The position numbers and the translations under genes were made by a program. The notes beneath the pieces were generated by a model. It made no database searches. It saw only the letters and a program-made list of their open reading frames with translations, and was not told the DNA's origin. Source: a virus. From it: a stretch of DNA of 64,000 nucleotides. The stretch covers positions 32,001 through 96,000 of the IMG/VR virus record IMGVR_UViG_3300046170_000502; one strand, given 5' to 3'. Below, piece by piece: positions 25,653 through 34,985 of the stretch (positions are counted from its first letter, which is position 1; every line of letters starts with the position of its first letter).

Positions 25653-27523
25653 TGAGCTGGGAACCAGGAAGACAAATATCTAGAAAATCTGAAAGCGATT
25701 TTAATGAAGAAATTTTAAAGAAAGAGGGGTTTATAGAAGAGAAGGAAGCTAAGCTTTTATTATACCAGTTTCTAAGAGAAAATATAACATTTTCTGCAGA
25801 TTTGATCAGCGGAGTAAAATTGTTCCCCTTTCAGCATATGGCTATCAAGGCCATGTTCGAGACGGATTATTTTATGGGGGTTTGGAGTCGTGGGATGAGT
25901 AAATCTTTTACTACCGCGATTTATGCTTATATGGATGCTATTTTAAATCAAGGTGTTGAAATTGGTATTCTCTCAAAGTCATTTAGGCAGGCAAAAATGA
26001 TATTTAAAAAGATCGAGGATATTGCTTCAAAGCCTGGTGCGTTATACTTATCTCAATGTATCACTCATAAATCGAAAAGCAACGACGAATGGTTGCTTGA
26101 AATAGGCTCTAGTAGAATTCGAGCTTTACCTCTTGGTGATGGTGAAAAACTTCGTGGATTTCGATTTCATAGAATCATTATTGATGAGTTTGCTTTGATG
26201 CCAGAAAGAATTTATAATGAGGTTATTATTCCGTTCTTGAGTGTTGTTGAGAACCCAACCCAAAGGGAAGAGCTTTATAATTTAGAAACAGAATTGATCA
26301 CAAAGGGCGAAATGCAAGAAAGTGAAAGGCATATTTGGCCTAATAATAAACTTATAGCTCTTTCTTCTGCAAGTTATAAATTTGAATACATGTACAAAGC
26401 TTACGAGCAATTCGAAAATTTGATTAAAGTAGGAGGAGACAAGGAGTCGGATGCTCATAGAATAATTATGCAATTTAGTTATGACTGCGCCCCAAAGCAA
26501 TTGTATGATAAGAATCTTTTAGAGCAAGCTAAATCGACCATGAGTCAGAGTCAATTTGACCGAGAGTTTAATTCGATATTTACCGATGATAGTAGCGGCT
26601 ATTTCAAAACATCGAAAATGGCAACCTGCACTTTGCCAGACGGAGAATCGCCAAGTATAGAGGTTGCTGGAGACCCTGGGGCTAAATACATTTTAGCTTT
26701 CGATCCAAGTTGGGCTGAAAGTGAAAGTAGTGATGATTTCGCGATGATGATCTTGAGATTAGATGATGAAAAAAAGATTGGAGTCGTTGTCCACAGTTAT
26801 GCATTAAGTGGAGCAAATTTAAAACAACATATTTATTATTTTTATTATTTGTTAAAACATTTTAATATTGTATCTATTATTGGCGATTATAATGGTGGAG
26901 TTCAATTTATAAATGCTGCAAATGAGAGTAGTTTATTCAAGGAAAATAAAATAAATATAAAATGCTTGAATACAAATTTTGACGATATAGAAAATTATCA
27001 AGACAAATTAAAGGAGGGAAAAAAAGAATACAACCTGGAGAATAATACGATTTGTTATTTACGTAAACCGACCAGTCAATGGATACGCCGAGCAAATGAA
27101 TTACTTCAAGCTAATTTTGATCATAAAAGAATATTCTTCGGGTCAAGAGCAATTAATGACTCTTATAACGAGCAAAGAAATAAAAAAATACCAATTCAGG
27201 ATATACATTTTTTAAGAACTTCTCAGAGCTTAGGCAAGCAAACCAATAGCGCCAAAATGATTGACTTCGTGGAGCATCAATTTGATATGTTAAATCTAAC
27301 AAAAACAGAGTGCTCTTTAATTCAAATCACAACCTCTTCTGGAGGTACGCAAAACTTCGATTTGCCACCAAGTTTAAAGCGGCAAACTGGCCCGGAGAAA
27401 GCGAGGAAAGATAGCTATTCCGCCCTAGTACTTGGAAATTGGATGATAAAACTTTATTATGATATAGTGAATGTCAAGATAGAAAACGCGAATTACTCCT
27501 TTACTCCCATGTTTATAAACTAA
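25652..27523 (+). CDS. terL: terminase large subunit
   Basis: SRGMSKS Walker A variant, LRGFRFHRIIIDE Walker B, ALSSA motif III, RNase H-like LAFDP...DDF and KDSYSAL. Confidence 0.9.
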   Translation: MSWEPGRQISRKSESDFNEEILKKEGFIEEKEAKLLLYQFLRENITFSADLISGVKLFPFQHMAIKAMFETDYFMGVWSRGMSKSFTTAIYAYMDAILNQGVEIGILSKSFRQAKMIFKKIEDIASKPGALYLSQCITHKSKSNDEWLLEIGSSRIRALPLGDGEKLRGFRFHRIIIDEFALMPERIYNEVIIPFLSVVENPTQREELYNLETELITKGEMQESERHIWPNNKLIALSSASYKFEYMYKAYEQFENLIKVGGDKESDAHRIIMQFSYDCAPKQLYDKNLLEQAKSTMSQSQFDREFNSIFTDDSSGYFKTSKMATCTLPDGESPSIEVAGDPGAKYILAFDPSWAESESSDDFAMMILRLDDEKKIGVVVHSYALSGANLKQHIYYFYYLLKHFNIVSIIGDYNGGVQFINAANESSLFKENKINIKCLNTNFDDIENYQDKLKEGKKEYNLENNTICYLRKPTSQWIRRANELLQANFDHKRIFFGSRAINDSYNEQRNKKIPIQDIHFLRTSQSLGKQTNSAKMIDFVEHQFDMLNLTKTECSLIQITTSSGGTQNFDLPPSLKRQTGPEKARKDSYSALVLGNWMIKLYYDIVNVKIENANYSFTPMFIN

Positions 27524-27534
27524 GTGTAACATTT

Positions 27535-29163
27535 ATGGAAATGGATATACCATATAAATACAAGACTACTTTTGATAATATCATTGTCGCATCTAGTGAT
27601 TTTGAAAATTTAAATATCAGCAAGGCTTCACTCGAGCCCCTTAGACCTTTAATCCCGGAAGATATTAATCTTGACAGAAATATCGATCTACTCGGAATTG
27701 CATTTAATGCCGCCGTTGTGAATAAATTCAATAAAAACGGAGATGGCATTGATAGCGAAACTGCGGTAGCTGTAAAAGATTACTTTATTCACAAGCCAAC
27801 TAATATCGAGCATAATCGAGATAAAATTGTTGGACATATCGTTTCTGCGGGATTTTCAAAATATGGAGATTCCTCAGATTTATTATCGAATGAAGAGGCT
27901 CTTTTGGAGGAAAATGCATATAATATAGCTTTAGCAGCAGTAATTTACAAAACCGCCAGTAAGGAATTTGCAGATTTAGCGATCAATTCGACAGATGAAT
28001 CTAGTGATTACTATAATACAGTTTCTGCAAGTTGGGAAGTTGGTTTTAATGATTATGTAATCGCCGTTGGTGGCGACGATCTGTATAAATCTTCAATCGT
28101 CTCAGACCCTCAAGAAATAGAAGCTTATTCTCCATATTTAAAATCTCTTGGAGGCAAAGGTTGCTTGAGTGACGGCAGAAAAGTTAATAGGCTTATTGTC
28201 GGCGATATATACCCCCTAGGAATTGGGTTCACTTCAAATCCAGCTGCAGATGTGCAAGGTATTATAGCGGAAGATCAACAGAATTCGACCCCATCGCGAA
28301 GCCCGCGAGAATCTATCGAGAAGATTATCGTAAAAAGTAAAAAAATTTCCCATTCATCCAAAGAGGATGTATTAAACAAAGAACCTAATAATAATTTAAT
28401 TATGGATAAAGATCAACTCATTAACGAATTCCGAGCAGCTTTAGATGAAAAGCTTGGCAAGCAAGATTTTTCTGAAGAAAGCGTCGCTAGCATCTCCAAG
28501 GTGTTTATCGAGGCTATCAGAGAAAAAGGCGAACAGTATGTTGCCGACCTTGAAAAAGCTAAAGCTGAAAAAGAAGAAGCTGTTCAGGCTCAAAGCTCTT
28601 TACAAGACAAAGTAAATCAAGTAGAAGAGCAACTCTTATCAACCAAACAAAAACTTGAAGCCCTTGAGCAAGAGAACACCGCTCGTGAAGCTGAAGTTCG
28701 TTTCAATGCACGCATGGAAATGCTCAATGAGATTTATCAATTAGATGAAGATGATTCTAAAATCGTCGCCTCAGAGCTTTCCTCGCTTGATGCAACCGAA
28801 GAAGGTTTCTCAGAGTATCAAGAAAAACTTTCAAAAGTTTGGAAGCATAAAAACAAAGAATTTATCGCAGCTGAACAAAAAGCGTTTGAAGATCGCGTAA
28901 CTCAAGAAGTTGAAAAACGTCTCGAGACCGTTCAAGCTACAGAAGAGACTTTAGAAGAAGATTCTCAGGAAGATTCGGTTGAAGTCTCTGAAGCCTCACA
29001 AACTGAAAATGAAGAATCTTCGGACGAAGTTGAAGAAACTCTCGACAATCTTCAAGTTGAAGAAGCGGCAATCGTTAACAATAACGAAAGCTCTTCCGAA
29101 GGAGAATCTCTTCGTGATCGATTCGCGAAGACCTTCAAAGAATCAGTTAAAATTTCATACTAA
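27535..29163 (+). CDS. prohead protease fused to acidic coiled-coil scaffold
   Basis: NIEH, SASWEVGF, GIGFTSNPAAD protease-like N-half; E/K-rich C-half; lies between terL and capsid. Confidence 0.8.
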   Translation: MEMDIPYKYKTTFDNIIVASSDFENLNISKASLEPLRPLIPEDINLDRNIDLLGIAFNAAVVNKFNKNGDGIDSETAVAVKDYFIHKPTNIEHNRDKIVGHIVSAGFSKYGDSSDLLSNEEALLEENAYNIALAAVIYKTASKEFADLAINSTDESSDYYNTVSASWEVGFNDYVIAVGGDDLYKSSIVSDPQEIEAYSPYLKSLGGKGCLSDGRKVNRLIVGDIYPLGIGFTSNPAADVQGIIAEDQQNSTPSRSPRESIEKIIVKSKKISHSSKEDVLNKEPNNNLIMDKDQLINEFRAALDEKLGKQDFSEESVASISKVFIEAIREKGEQYVADLEKAKAEKEEAVQAQSSLQDKVNQVEEQLLSTKQKLEALEQENTAREAEVRFNARMEMLNEIYQLDEDDSKIVASELSSLDATEEGFSEYQEKLSKVWKHKNKEFIAAEQKAFEDRVTQEVEKRLETVQATEETLEEDSQEDSVEVSEASQTENEESSDEVEETLDNLQVEEAAIVNNNESSSEGESLRDRFAKTFKESVKISY

Positions 29164-29182
29164 TATATAAAAGAAAAAAATT

Positions 29183-29800
29183 ATGGCAAAAAGAATACTA
29201 CCATACCGTGACTACAGTGAACATGACGTTTTGAATCTGTTCTCTCTCGACACCAGCGCTTATACTATCGCTAACGCGAAGTCTGACGCTGCTGCAGGAG
29301 AGGCATTTGATTCAGGTGTTGTGGTCAAAGTAAAAACAGGTGAACTGCCCGGTGATATGAACAACGCAGATAGCGGTCTCGCGACCTCAGGTGATCTTAG
29401 AGATTACTTGGGAGCAAGTCCAACAAGTGCGCACATCGGATACAATGCATACCCCTATAACGGTATGACAGTTGAACCTGCTGACGCTGGCGAAGTAGCC
29501 GTAGGAATCACATTACGTGAAACCTTGGCATACGACGAAAATGGAGAAAAACTTCTCTATTATAAACAAAAATTGGACGAAGCTCAAGCAGTTCTTCCCG
29601 GTCAAACAGTTCCTGTTTTGACAAGAGGGTTAGTTCTTCTTGATTCTAATGCAGTAACAGGCGATCCTGCTGTCGGCGCACAACTTGAAGTTGCTACTGA
29701 TGGAACTTTGGTTGCAGACACATCAGCAGGCAATGCAATGGTCGCTACTGTTTTAGCAAAAAGCGGTTCCGATAAATTCCTCTGCAAAATCAGCTTCTAA
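29183..29800 (+). CDS. head decoration/minor capsid protein
   Basis: Position before MCP; AVLPGQTVPVLTRG beta-rich pattern. Confidence 0.65.
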   Translation: MAKRILPYRDYSEHDVLNLFSLDTSAYTIANAKSDAAAGEAFDSGVVVKVKTGELPGDMNNADSGLATSGDLRDYLGASPTSAHIGYNAYPYNGMTVEPADAGEVAVGITLRETLAYDENGEKLLYYKQKLDEAQAVLPGQTVPVLTRGLVLLDSNAVTGDPAVGAQLEVATDGTLVADTSAGNAMVATVLAKSGSDKFLCKISF

Positions 29801-29818
29801 GAAAGGAAATTTAATATA

Positions 29819-30940
29819 ATGAAAATTACTTTAGACAGAACACCCGAGCAAGTCGAGCTTATCAAAGCTATGGCTTCGAAAAACAGAGAAGTTGCTTACG
29901 AAGCTCAAACTGCATTGGCTGAATTTATTGGTCCAGTTTTAGCGGAAGTTGTTAACACAGCTCCTACAGTAAGTAACATGTTTACTAGCCTTCAGTTCAA
30001 CAGCGATGAGAGCCCAAGTATTCCTTTGGATCTTTATCACGACATTACTGACGAAGATTACATTCAAGTTTGGAGTCAATCCGTTCCAGGAGGTCTTCCT
30101 ACTAACCAAGTCGCTCCTTCACAAAGCGAGCTTAAGTTCACAACTTATACTCTCGACAGTGCATTAAGCTTCGATAAGCGCTACGCTTCTCGTTCAAGAC
30201 TTGACGTTGTAAGCAAGACTTTCACACGTATGGCTCAAGAAGTTCTTCTTAAACAAGAAAAAACTTCTGCCAGTATGATTATGACTGCTTTGGCTAACGC
30301 AACCACAAATAATGACAAGCACGTTATTCGTTCCGCTCAAGCTGGAAGGTTCTTACTTTCAGACTTGAATAAGCTGTTTACTAGAGCAAAAAGAATTAAT
30401 ACTTCTTGGACTGGTGGAACACCTGCTGATCGTCGTGGGCGCGGAATTACCGATATCTTGGTTTCTCCTGAAATCGTAGAAGAAATTCGCGGTCTAGCTT
30501 ATAACCCCATCAACACCCAAGGCTCTAACACCGATATCGCTGGTACAGACAGCATGCGCGACGCTATCTTTAATAGTGCTGGCATTCCTGAGTTCTATGG
30601 CGTATCCATTCAAGAGTATAATGAAATGGGTATTGATCAAGCGTGGAATAAAGTCTTCGACTCTTCCTCGAGTGGTTCTTATGACGACCATTATTCGGTT
30701 GCAACTAGCCCCGCAAAGACAACCTTTACGCAGGCAGAAGAGCAAATCCTTGTCGGTGTTGATCTTAGCCGTGAGTCTATGATTCGCGCAGTAGCTACCG
30801 ATTCCGAGTCCGGAGACGAGTTTAGTCTTGTATCCGATGACCAATTCGTAACACGTCAATCTAAGATTGGTTACTACGGTTCTCTTGAAGAGGGACGTAT
30901 GATCATCGACGACCGCGTATTACTTGGTCTGATCGTTTAA
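29819..30940 (+). CDS. major capsid protein
   Basis: 373 aa; follows protease/scaffold and decoration genes; strong terminator downstream. Confidence 0.85.
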   Translation: MKITLDRTPEQVELIKAMASKNREVAYEAQTALAEFIGPVLAEVVNTAPTVSNMFTSLQFNSDESPSIPLDLYHDITDEDYIQVWSQSVPGGLPTNQVAPSQSELKFTTYTLDSALSFDKRYASRSRLDVVSKTFTRMAQEVLLKQEKTSASMIMTALANATTNNDKHVIRSAQAGRFLLSDLNKLFTRAKRINTSWTGGTPADRRGRGITDILVSPEIVEEIRGLAYNPINTQGSNTDIAGTDSMRDAIFNSAGIPEFYGVSIQEYNEMGIDQAWNKVFDSSSSGSYDDHYSVATSPAKTTFTQAEEQILVGVDLSRESMIRAVATDSESGDEFSLVSDDQFVTRQSKIGYYGSLEEGRMIIDDRVLLGLIV

Positions 30941-30963
30941 TTTAAATAGAATTAACGTTTTAT

Positions 30964-30998
30964 AAAAGTCCACCTCAGGCAACTGGGGTGGATTTTTT
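30964..30998 (+). terminator. intrinsic terminator
   Basis: GTCCACCTCAG-GCAA-CTGGGGTGGAT plus T-run. Confidence 0.9.
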
Positions 30999-31052
30999 AT
31001 TTAAAATCATTATTATATAGTGTATTAAAATACAAAGGAACAAGGTACAATT

Positions 31053-31460
31053 ATGGCAAATAAAAAAACAACTAAAAAAACGAGCAAAGCTGCGGCCAAA
31101 AAGGCCCCAAAGCTTGAAGAACTCAACCAAACAAACGGAAAGAGCTATGAGGATCAAGTAGCCAAAGCTAAGGAGTTGGAAGAAATTTTGGGCATCGCTA
31201 AGATAAACCCTTTTAAAACAAATGACAAAAGAATCTTTAAAGATATGCTTGAGGATATGAATTTGACTGATCTCCAGGCTTTTGCGGTAAAAGTTGGGGT
31301 ATTTCCCTCCGGAAATAAAACTGTATTGAGAAATAAAATAAAAAAAGCTTTTGATTCTAGTTTACATGGGCAAGGAAGTGTTCAAATTATGGGGGAACCT
31401 ATTAATCTTGACCCTAGAAACCCAAAACACAAAGAGGTTATTGATTATTTGAAAGGTTAA
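31053..31460 (+). CDS. hypothetical late protein
   Basis: ORF after capsid; GTGTA upstream. Confidence 0.7.
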   Translation: MANKKTTKKTSKAAAKKAPKLEELNQTNGKSYEDQVAKAKELEEILGIAKINPFKTNDKRIFKDMLEDMNLTDLQAFAVKVGVFPSGNKTVLRNKIKKAFDSSLHGQGSVQIMGEPINLDPRNPKHKEVIDYLKG

Positions 31461-31462
31461 TT

Positions 31463-31981
31463 ATGGTCTCGGGTCAATATAGCGATACAATTGTTGGGGC
31501 ATTTGCTGAAAAGGTTTATGATGAAGAAATTGGTTTTCATTTATCGGGAGACGCAAGAGATGTCGAAATAGGTTTAATTGCAAACTGGGTTGAGGGTCAC
31601 TTCGGGGAATTAAATAATTTAATCTTCACGTCCTTGAGTGGTTATAGTCCAGTTGAATTTAATCTAGAAGAACAATCAATTATGCGAGAATTGTATTTAT
31701 CTGAATATAATAGGAAAGCAGAAAGGCAAGTGCTAAGAGGTATCGACGGAAGTAATGGGCAAAATGAGTTTCAAGTTATACGAGAAGGGGATTCTATGAT
31801 CCAGAAGTCAAACAAAAATATTACTGCAAAAAATTATCATGCAGCTTATAGAGCTTCACAGGAAAGGGTCAAAGAATTAGTTCACTCTTACAACCTGTAT
31901 GGCGCGATACCAAACCAAGTTGCCGGAAAAGACGCGCCGATTAGCGGCAGTAATGGAGAAATAGGTGGATATTATTCTTAA
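31463..31981 (+). CDS. hypothetical late protein (possible head-tail adaptor)
   Basis: Position and size only. Confidence 0.55.
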   Translation: MVSGQYSDTIVGAFAEKVYDEEIGFHLSGDARDVEIGLIANWVEGHFGELNNLIFTSLSGYSPVEFNLEEQSIMRELYLSEYNRKAERQVLRGIDGSNGQNEFQVIREGDSMIQKSNKNITAKNYHAAYRASQERVKELVHSYNLYGAIPNQVAGKDAPISGSNGEIGGYYS

Positions 31982-31999
31982 AGCGGTGTAATAAATATT

Positions 32000-32512
32000 A
32001 TGAAAGAACCTCTAAAAGAAAAATCATCTGCAGACACAAAATTCAACAATAAAAAAGTAAAATCTGAGTTATTTCACATCTGGAAAAAAGCCAGGGTCAT
32101 GTATGATATGATTAAAGATGACCAGGAATTGGAAACTTGGCAAAAAAACAATATCCGCGAGGCTCACGATTTGTTAAACGAAACAGCTACCTACACGGAG
32201 TATCAGAAAATTTTTCCAACACAAAAAGAAGATGACCCCGATGAAAACAAAAATAACTTTTTATCAAATGAAGATAAAAGGTATCCCGTCCCTGTGGATC
32301 AAGAAAACGGGGATCAGTTTATAACTAGATGTATATTGGACGCTAATATGAAAAACAGATATCCTGTTCAATCTGACAGATTTCAAGCTTGCATGACTAT
32401 TTTTAACGAAAAAAAACAAATTACTCATTCAAATCCTGGAGAAAAGTTTGAAGACCCTATGAAAAAAAAGGAGGATGATGATATTAATCCAGTTAAGCCT
32501 CTTCTTCCTTAA
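32000..32512 (+). CDS. hypothetical late protein
   Basis: GTGTA 9 nt upstream of ATG. Confidence 0.65.
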   Translation: MKEPLKEKSSADTKFNNKKVKSELFHIWKKARVMYDMIKDDQELETWQKNNIREAHDLLNETATYTEYQKIFPTQKEDDPDENKNNFLSNEDKRYPVPVDQENGDQFITRCILDANMKNRYPVQSDRFQACMTIFNEKKQITHSNPGEKFEDPMKKKEDDDINPVKPLLP

Positions 32513-34970
32513 TATCGTACTCTATATTACCTCTCAGGTATTTAAATTTAATTAAGGACCCGTCTTGAAGGGTCTTGCTCAAAATTAATCTACTTAATTC
32601 GTTTTCAATACTCTTTTGAAGAATTCTTTTTATCGGCCTTGCTCCCATTTTTTCTTTTATTGCTTGTTCAGATATATGTTTAACTAAAGAAGGGGTTGCG
32701 GAAAACGAAATCCCTTTTTTGTGCAATTTGCAGGCAAGTTTTTTGAGCTCTAGCTTTGTTATTTTTGAAATTTGATCTAGCTCGAAATCGTTAAACAATA
32801 TTATATCATTTAACCTATTCAGGAATTCTGGTCGAAAGAATAACTTTAGTTCAGCTTTTAGTTTATCATCAGCAATACTTTTTGCGTCATAATTACCAAA
32901 CCCCATGTTAGGCTTCGCTGCTTTTTCGCTACCTATGTTGCCTGTTAATATTATTATACAATTTGTAAAATCAATCTTTCTTCCAGAGTTATCTGTCAAT
33001 ACCCCTTCTTCAAGAATTTGTAATAATATATTTAAAACTTCTGGGTGAGCTTTCTCTACTTCATCAAACAATATCACACTGTAGGGATTTCTTCGAACTT
33101 TTTCGGTAAGCTCTCCACCTTCTTCATACCCGACATAACCCGGGGCTGCTCCAGTTAATCTAGTTGATGAAATCTTTTCGGAAAATTCACTCATATCTAT
33201 TTGAATCAAAGATTTTTTAGAGCCGTATATAAATTCAGCGATACATTTAGCTGTATAAGTTTTACCCACGCCACTTGCACCAACCAATAAAAAACTTCCC
33301 ACTGGCTTACCTGAATCCTGTAGGCCGGATTTTGATCGCAGTATTGATTCTGATATCTCCTCTAAAGCTTCTTCTTGTCCAACAATCTTGTTCTTTAGAT
33401 TTTTTAATAATCCAAGCATTTTTTCGGATTCTTTTTTGGATATTTCAGAAAGGGGTATTCCTGTTCTAGAAGACATTACTTCATATATATCTTTTTTAGT
33501 TACAGGTATCTTTGATTTCATGGCTTTATTTGCCCAATCGGTAATTATTTGATCGTATTCTTCTAACAAATAAATTTGCTCATCTTCGATATCTGAACGC
33601 GATACGCCTATTATTTGAAGTTTAGATTCTTTCAAAGCTAGTTGCTCTAATTGATTTTCAATATCTTTGGCCTTCTGGGGACGTTCGATGTTTTTTATCT
33701 TTACTTTTGAACCTGCTTGATCCATAATATCTATAGCTTTATCTGGAAATTGTTTATCAAGAATATATTTTGATGAAAGGTCTACAATAAGATCTAAAAC
33801 TTCTTCTGGATAACAAATTGTATGAAATGATTCATATTTCGGCCTAATTCCATCCAGAATTTGCCTAGTTTCCTGCTTGTTTGGCTCTAAAACTTTTACT
33901 GATTGAAATCTTCTGTCGAGCGCACCATCTTTTAGTATACTTTTTTTGTATTCATCTTGAGTGGTGGCGCCGATACACTTCAACTCTCCTCTCGCCAGCA
34001 AAGGCTTTAACAGATTTGCAGCATCCATGCTTCCTTCGGCACTTCCTGCCCCAACTAAGGTATGAATTTCGTCGATAAATAATATTACATCTTTATTCTT
34101 TTTAGCTTCTTCTATAATCCCTTTTAATCTTTCTTCGAATTGCCCTCTATACTTTGTTCCAGCAATTAGAGACCCTAGATCAAGGGAGAATATCATTTTA
34201 CTGATTAAGAAGTCAGAACTTTCTCCCTTTACTATCTTATGAGCCAGGCCTTCAACGATTGCAGTTTTTCCAACACCGGGTTCCCCTAGAAGAACTGGGT
34301 TGTTTTTAGTTTTTCTGCATAAAATTTCGCACACTTGATATATTTCTTCTTCTTTGCCGATGATATTATCAAATTTTCCTTGCTGTGCTAGTACGTTTAA
34401 GTTTGTTGCAAATTTTTCTAGATTTGTTAATTTTTGCTCTTTAATTTTTGGTTTTTTTGTGAATGATTTAATTCTGTCTTGTTTTGGTATTTTATGCTCT
34501 TTTGATAAGTGCAAATACTCTCTAACTTCTGCTATGATATCTTCGCCAGTAGCGTTGAATGATTGAAAATATTTTGGTATATTCGATTCTTCATATTTTA
34601 ACAAGGCGAGAAGCATGTGTTCAAGGCCCACATATTCATGGCCAAGCTTTTCGCTAATAGAAGCAGAAACCTTTAATACGAGATGAAAGTGTTCATCGTA
34701 AATAGGTTCAAACGAATCTACTTCAAAAGCTTGGTTTTCTATCGAGTCGAAGTTAAAAAGGTGATGCTCTATTTCAGATTTTAGAGCTTGTTTGTCTATC
34801 TCTAATAAAAAAAGAATTTCACATAATATTCCGGCACTCAAGTTTACCATGCCGAAAAATAGGTGATCCAGGGTGATGATTTCATTTGCGTATTTTAATG
34901 CAGCCTTTTTTGCTTCGTTAATCGCTTGTTGCGCACGTGGCGTAAAGTTAGGTTTTGGAGTCATTTTCAT
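32493..34970 (-). CDS. clpC: ClpC/ClpA-type AAA+ Clp protease ATPase subunit
   Basis: Clp N-domain (FTPRAQQ, GLEHMLLALL), GEPGVGKT, FIDEIH, GASGVGKT, GYVGYEEGG, FRPEFLNR; MGF ClpP-docking-like loop. Confidence 0.9.
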   Translation of the reverse strand: MKMTPKPNFTPRAQQAINEAKKAALKYANEIITLDHLFFGMVNLSAGILCEILFLLEIDKQALKSEIEHHLFNFDSIENQAFEVDSFEPIYDEHFHLVLKVSASISEKLGHEYVGLEHMLLALLKYEESNIPKYFQSFNATGEDIIAEVREYLHLSKEHKIPKQDRIKSFTKKPKIKEQKLTNLEKFATNLNVLAQQGKFDNIIGKEEEIYQVCEILCRKTKNNPVLLGEPGVGKTAIVEGLAHKIVKGESSDFLISKMIFSLDLGSLIAGTKYRGQFEERLKGIIEEAKKNKDVILFIDEIHTLVGAGSAEGSMDAANLLKPLLARGELKCIGATTQDEYKKSILKDGALDRRFQSVKVLEPNKQETRQILDGIRPKYESFHTICYPEEVLDLIVDLSSKYILDKQFPDKAIDIMDQAGSKVKIKNIERPQKAKDIENQLEQLALKESKLQIIGVSRSDIEDEQIYLLEEYDQIITDWANKAMKSKIPVTKKDIYEVMSSRTGIPLSEISKKESEKMLGLLKNLKNKIVGQEEALEEISESILRSKSGLQDSGKPVGSFLLVGASGVGKTYTAKCIAEFIYGSKKSLIQIDMSEFSEKISSTRLTGAAPGYVGYEEGGELTEKVRRNPYSVILFDEVEKAHPEVLNILLQILEEGVLTDNSGRKIDFTNCIIILTGNIGSEKAAKPNMGFGNYDAKSIADDKLKAELKLFFRPEFLNRLNDIILFNDFELDQISKITKLELKKLACKLHKKGISFSATPSLVKHISEQAIKEKMGARPIKRILQKSIENELSRLILSKTLQDGSLIKFKYLRGNIEYDIKEEEA

Positions 34971-34985
34971 AAATTACACTCTATT

